Source: Macrostomum lignano
Taxonomy: Eukaryota
Reading direction: 5' to 3'
NCBI GenBank assembly: GCA_002269645.1
Contig: NIVC01000093.1
Location: forward strand, 186,001 to 250,000
DNA: 64,000 nucleotides
The position numbers and the translations under genes are program-made. Below are positions 61,398 through 64,000 of the stretch, piece after piece. A model generated the notes under the pieces. The model worked only from the letters and a program-made list of their open reading frames with translations. It was not told the DNA's origin and made no database searches. Position 1 is the first letter of the stretch. Each line of letters opens with the position of its first letter.

Positions 61398-61649
61398 TGG
61401 TCGCTCCCGTGGCTTCTGTCACCGTGACGAAATCCAATGTGACCTGTCTTGATGTAGACTGGCCAGCCTCCAACACGTCAGGTGTGACGTACCAGCTCAC
61501 CTGTGGCTCCAATCCTCCGATTGATGTTGGCAGAGAGCTGAAAGGCAGTTGCTGCGGTCTGCAGTCAGGAGAGAACCACACAGCAACTGTTGTTGTGGTT
61601 AAGCCTGGCTTTAACGACAGCTCTCCCGCCAGTACAGTGGGACGGACTC
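61398..61649 (+). CDS. FN3-repeat gene exon 3
   Basis: 252 bp, phase 1-1; copy of exon 2 at an 892-bp offset. Confidence 0.87.
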
Positions 61650-62289
61650 GTGAGTTCAGCAGCTCTGTGTGCTCAGATGAGCTGCTCTGAGTCAGATGGC
61701 TTTGTTGCTGTGATGCTTTGCGGCTTTTAGGGATGTTGATTGACGGGGCTGAGCTTTGACTGATGGCTTAGATTTTTTGTATAAATTACTCGTAAATTCC
61801 TCCGCAAAGCAGAATGTAAGTTGACGACAGTTTTTGCCAGGTAGCGAGTTCACCCATGCTTATAGCTGATCTGACGCAGGCTTGTAATTCAATTTTCAAA
61901 GTGTTGAAAAAATTGCTGTGGATGTGGTGCAACTTTAAGGCCAATACAAAAGCCTTTTTACTGCAGTGATGTCACCAATGTAGAAATTTTTTAAGTTTCA
62001 GTTGCGTGGCCTTTAACACAAATTTTCAAATTTTACTGCTTTCCATCGCTCTGATTTTGCAGCAGAAATGATTGCAGCAGCTGATGCAGCTTGAGCGACA
62101 GCTCCGCCTTTGCCTTTTTTCTGAGTTTAAAATTTTTGTAGAGTTGTATTGGTACAGTTTGCATCCGATAGTTATTAACTTACTATACCGGAACTGAAGA
62201 CACTGCAGTCAGTGAATAAGTATGAGCTGTATCAGCTATCGCTGTATTTAAAAATGCACATTTGTACACCTTGTTTGATTTGCTTCCAG

Positions 62290-62541
62290 TGGTCGCTCCC
62301 GTGGCTTCTGTCACCGTGACGAAATCCAATGTGACCTGTCTTGATGTAGACTGGCCAGCCTCCAACACGTCAGGTGTGACGTACCAGCTCACCTGTGGCT
62401 CCAATCCTCCGATTGATGTTGGCAGAGAGCTGAAAGGCAGCTGCTGCGGTCTGCAGTCGGGAGAGAACCACACAGCAACTGTTGTTGTGGTTAAGCCTGG
62501 CTTTAACGACAGCTCTCCCGCCAGTACAGTGGGACAGACTC
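62290..62541 (+). CDS. FN3-repeat gene exon 4
   Basis: 252 bp, phase 1-1; nearly identical to exon 3 at an 892-bp offset. Confidence 0.87.
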
Positions 62542-62972
62542 GTGAGTTTTCACAGCTGATGTTTCTGAGTTTCTTGCCTCATTGCCGTGGCATTTTTGAT
62601 TCGAACTGTCAAGTTGAACCCAGCAAAGGCTTTGCAGTTAGTCTGTAGAAATCGAAATTTAAACTCAAGGAAAGTTTCAACGAGTGCAATCAGGGCAAAA
62701 GAGTGCATTGTATTCATCCACATGTTTCATTGGTATTTTTTGTGACCTGGCTTCTTCGATATTGCCGTGAGGCTTCCAACGTGCATGTGACTTACTGTCA
62801 TTTTACAGGGCACTTATGAAGGTTTAATTATTGACATGAATGTCCCAACTTACTAGGGATCTTTTAAATAGTATTTGGTATGTATTTTAAAAACTGCTAG
62901 CCTTTATCGACACAGGATTCGATCTCTTCTAACTGACCTTCTTTGTCACATGAACTGCAACCCCGGTTTCAG

Positions 62973-63221
62973 TGGTGTCACCCGTGGCTTCTGTCACCGT
63001 GACGGGCTCCAACGAGACCTGTCTTGATGTAGACTGGCCAGCCTCCAATACATCGAATGTGACATACCAGCTTGACTGTGGGTCAGGTGCAATTGGAGTG
63101 GACTCAGGAACCTCAGGATCCTGCTGCGGTCTGCAGTCGGGAAAGAGACACACAGTGACTGTTGCTGTTGTCAAGGCTGGTTTTGCCAAGAGCTCTGCCG
63201 CGAGCACAGTCGGGCAGACGC
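62973..63221 (+). CDS. FN3-repeat gene exon 5 (gene continues beyond the window)
   Basis: 249 bp, phase 1-1, tttcag|...c|gtgagt; same domain pattern; no stop codon reached. Confidence 0.85.
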
Positions 63222-63503
63222 GTGAGTATCTTTGATACTTGAAAAATAAACTAGTTTTCGCATTGACTCAGGGCTGAGAAAGGCGGTAGCTAGCTATTCA
63301 GAGTTACCTACCAAAATGTTAGAACTTATTGTATGTTATATCTAGAGATCGGATATAAAATGGGTATTGAAATTATGTTTTTTACAAATTTATCTTATCT
63401 AGTTTTATAACTCACAGAATTTCACCGTAAGAGCAATGTGTTCTGTCAGAAGGCGGTAACTATTTTGCTCCAGAATTAACCGTTTTTTAGATTACATTTT
63501 AAA

Positions 63504-63570
63504 GGGGACCGTAGCCCAGTGGTCCAGCGCGGCGTTCTGATGTGCCAGCGGCCCAGGCTCGATTCCAAGT
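63504..63570 (+). mobile_element. tRNA-derived SINE head (Pol III A/B boxes)
   Basis: A box TAGCCCAGTGG and B-box-like GGCTCGATTCC at tRNA spacing, but no pairing acceptor stem. Confidence 0.45.
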
Positions 63571-64000
63571 GCAGTCACATTAATTTGAGGATAAATTTAA
63601 ATATCGGCTTGGGTCTGCTTGTACAATTAACATTAAACAATCGCCTAACGATAAATAAAGTTAGAGCCGCTGTGCACTCCTCTGTGAGTGTGTGCCTGTG
63701 CGTATGACTGCGTACGTATCCGCACGCTTTGTGTGCCTGCTCAGAGGAGTCGGGGGAATGGGCAGTAATGCCTGTCGCCGGTTGTGTGACAATGTCGCTT
63801 GAAGTTCTTAAAGGGTGCACACGACCGCTCTGCCTCTAATACAAAAATTACATGCTATACAGATTAATACAGAGAACTATCATAAATTAGCATTTTGCCA
63901 CAAGCAGGTAGATTTTGAATGAGTAACACTTCGAAAAAAGAATACGTTTTGATGAAAACAATTTAATCTCGTTGTTCATTCTGTTTTCAAAACGCGAATA

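Larger units (their letters stand above)
60445..62545 (+). repeat. 892-bp tandem duplication of exon plus intron (about 2.4 units)
   Basis: The 640-bp introns 60758-61397 and 61650-62289 are nearly base-for-base identical. Confidence 0.93.

Noticed and set aside
63504-63575. tRNA gene
   Set aside because: A and B boxes are present but the acceptor stem does not pair, so it is treated as a SINE head or relic.

Overview
Repeat-rich animal (invertebrate) genomic DNA with spliceosomal GT-AG introns. The minisatellite-filled introns resemble free-living flatworm genomes such as Macrostomum, but the species is an inference. There are three blocks. (1) 6.7-34.0 kb, + strand: 13 exons of a teneurin gene (EGF4-8, NHL propeller, YD/Rhs shell, C-terminal Tox-GHH-like domain; about 2,310 codons). 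Its 5' part lies upstream of the exons I could identify, and most larger introns hold their own minisatellite. (2) 37.3-55.0 kb: six intronless, signal-peptide-bearing genes for non-classical (LDTI-like) multi-Kazal proteins with a shared atypical first domain and usually a shared Cys-rich last domain. One is a giant gene of about 41 domains with 35 near-identical, strongly cationic 45-aa units; as assembled it has one frameshift and one stop. Two others form an inverted duplicate pair. (3) 55.5-64 kb: a decayed FN3-gene paralogue interrupted by a DIRS/Ngaro-type RT remnant, then an intact signal-peptide plus Cys-containing FN3-repeat gene that is growing by 892-bp exon+intron duplications and runs off the window. 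LINE/SINE remnants and a TIR element with a 4-bp TSD are also present. The most unusual element is the capped multi-Kazal cluster with its giant cationic member.
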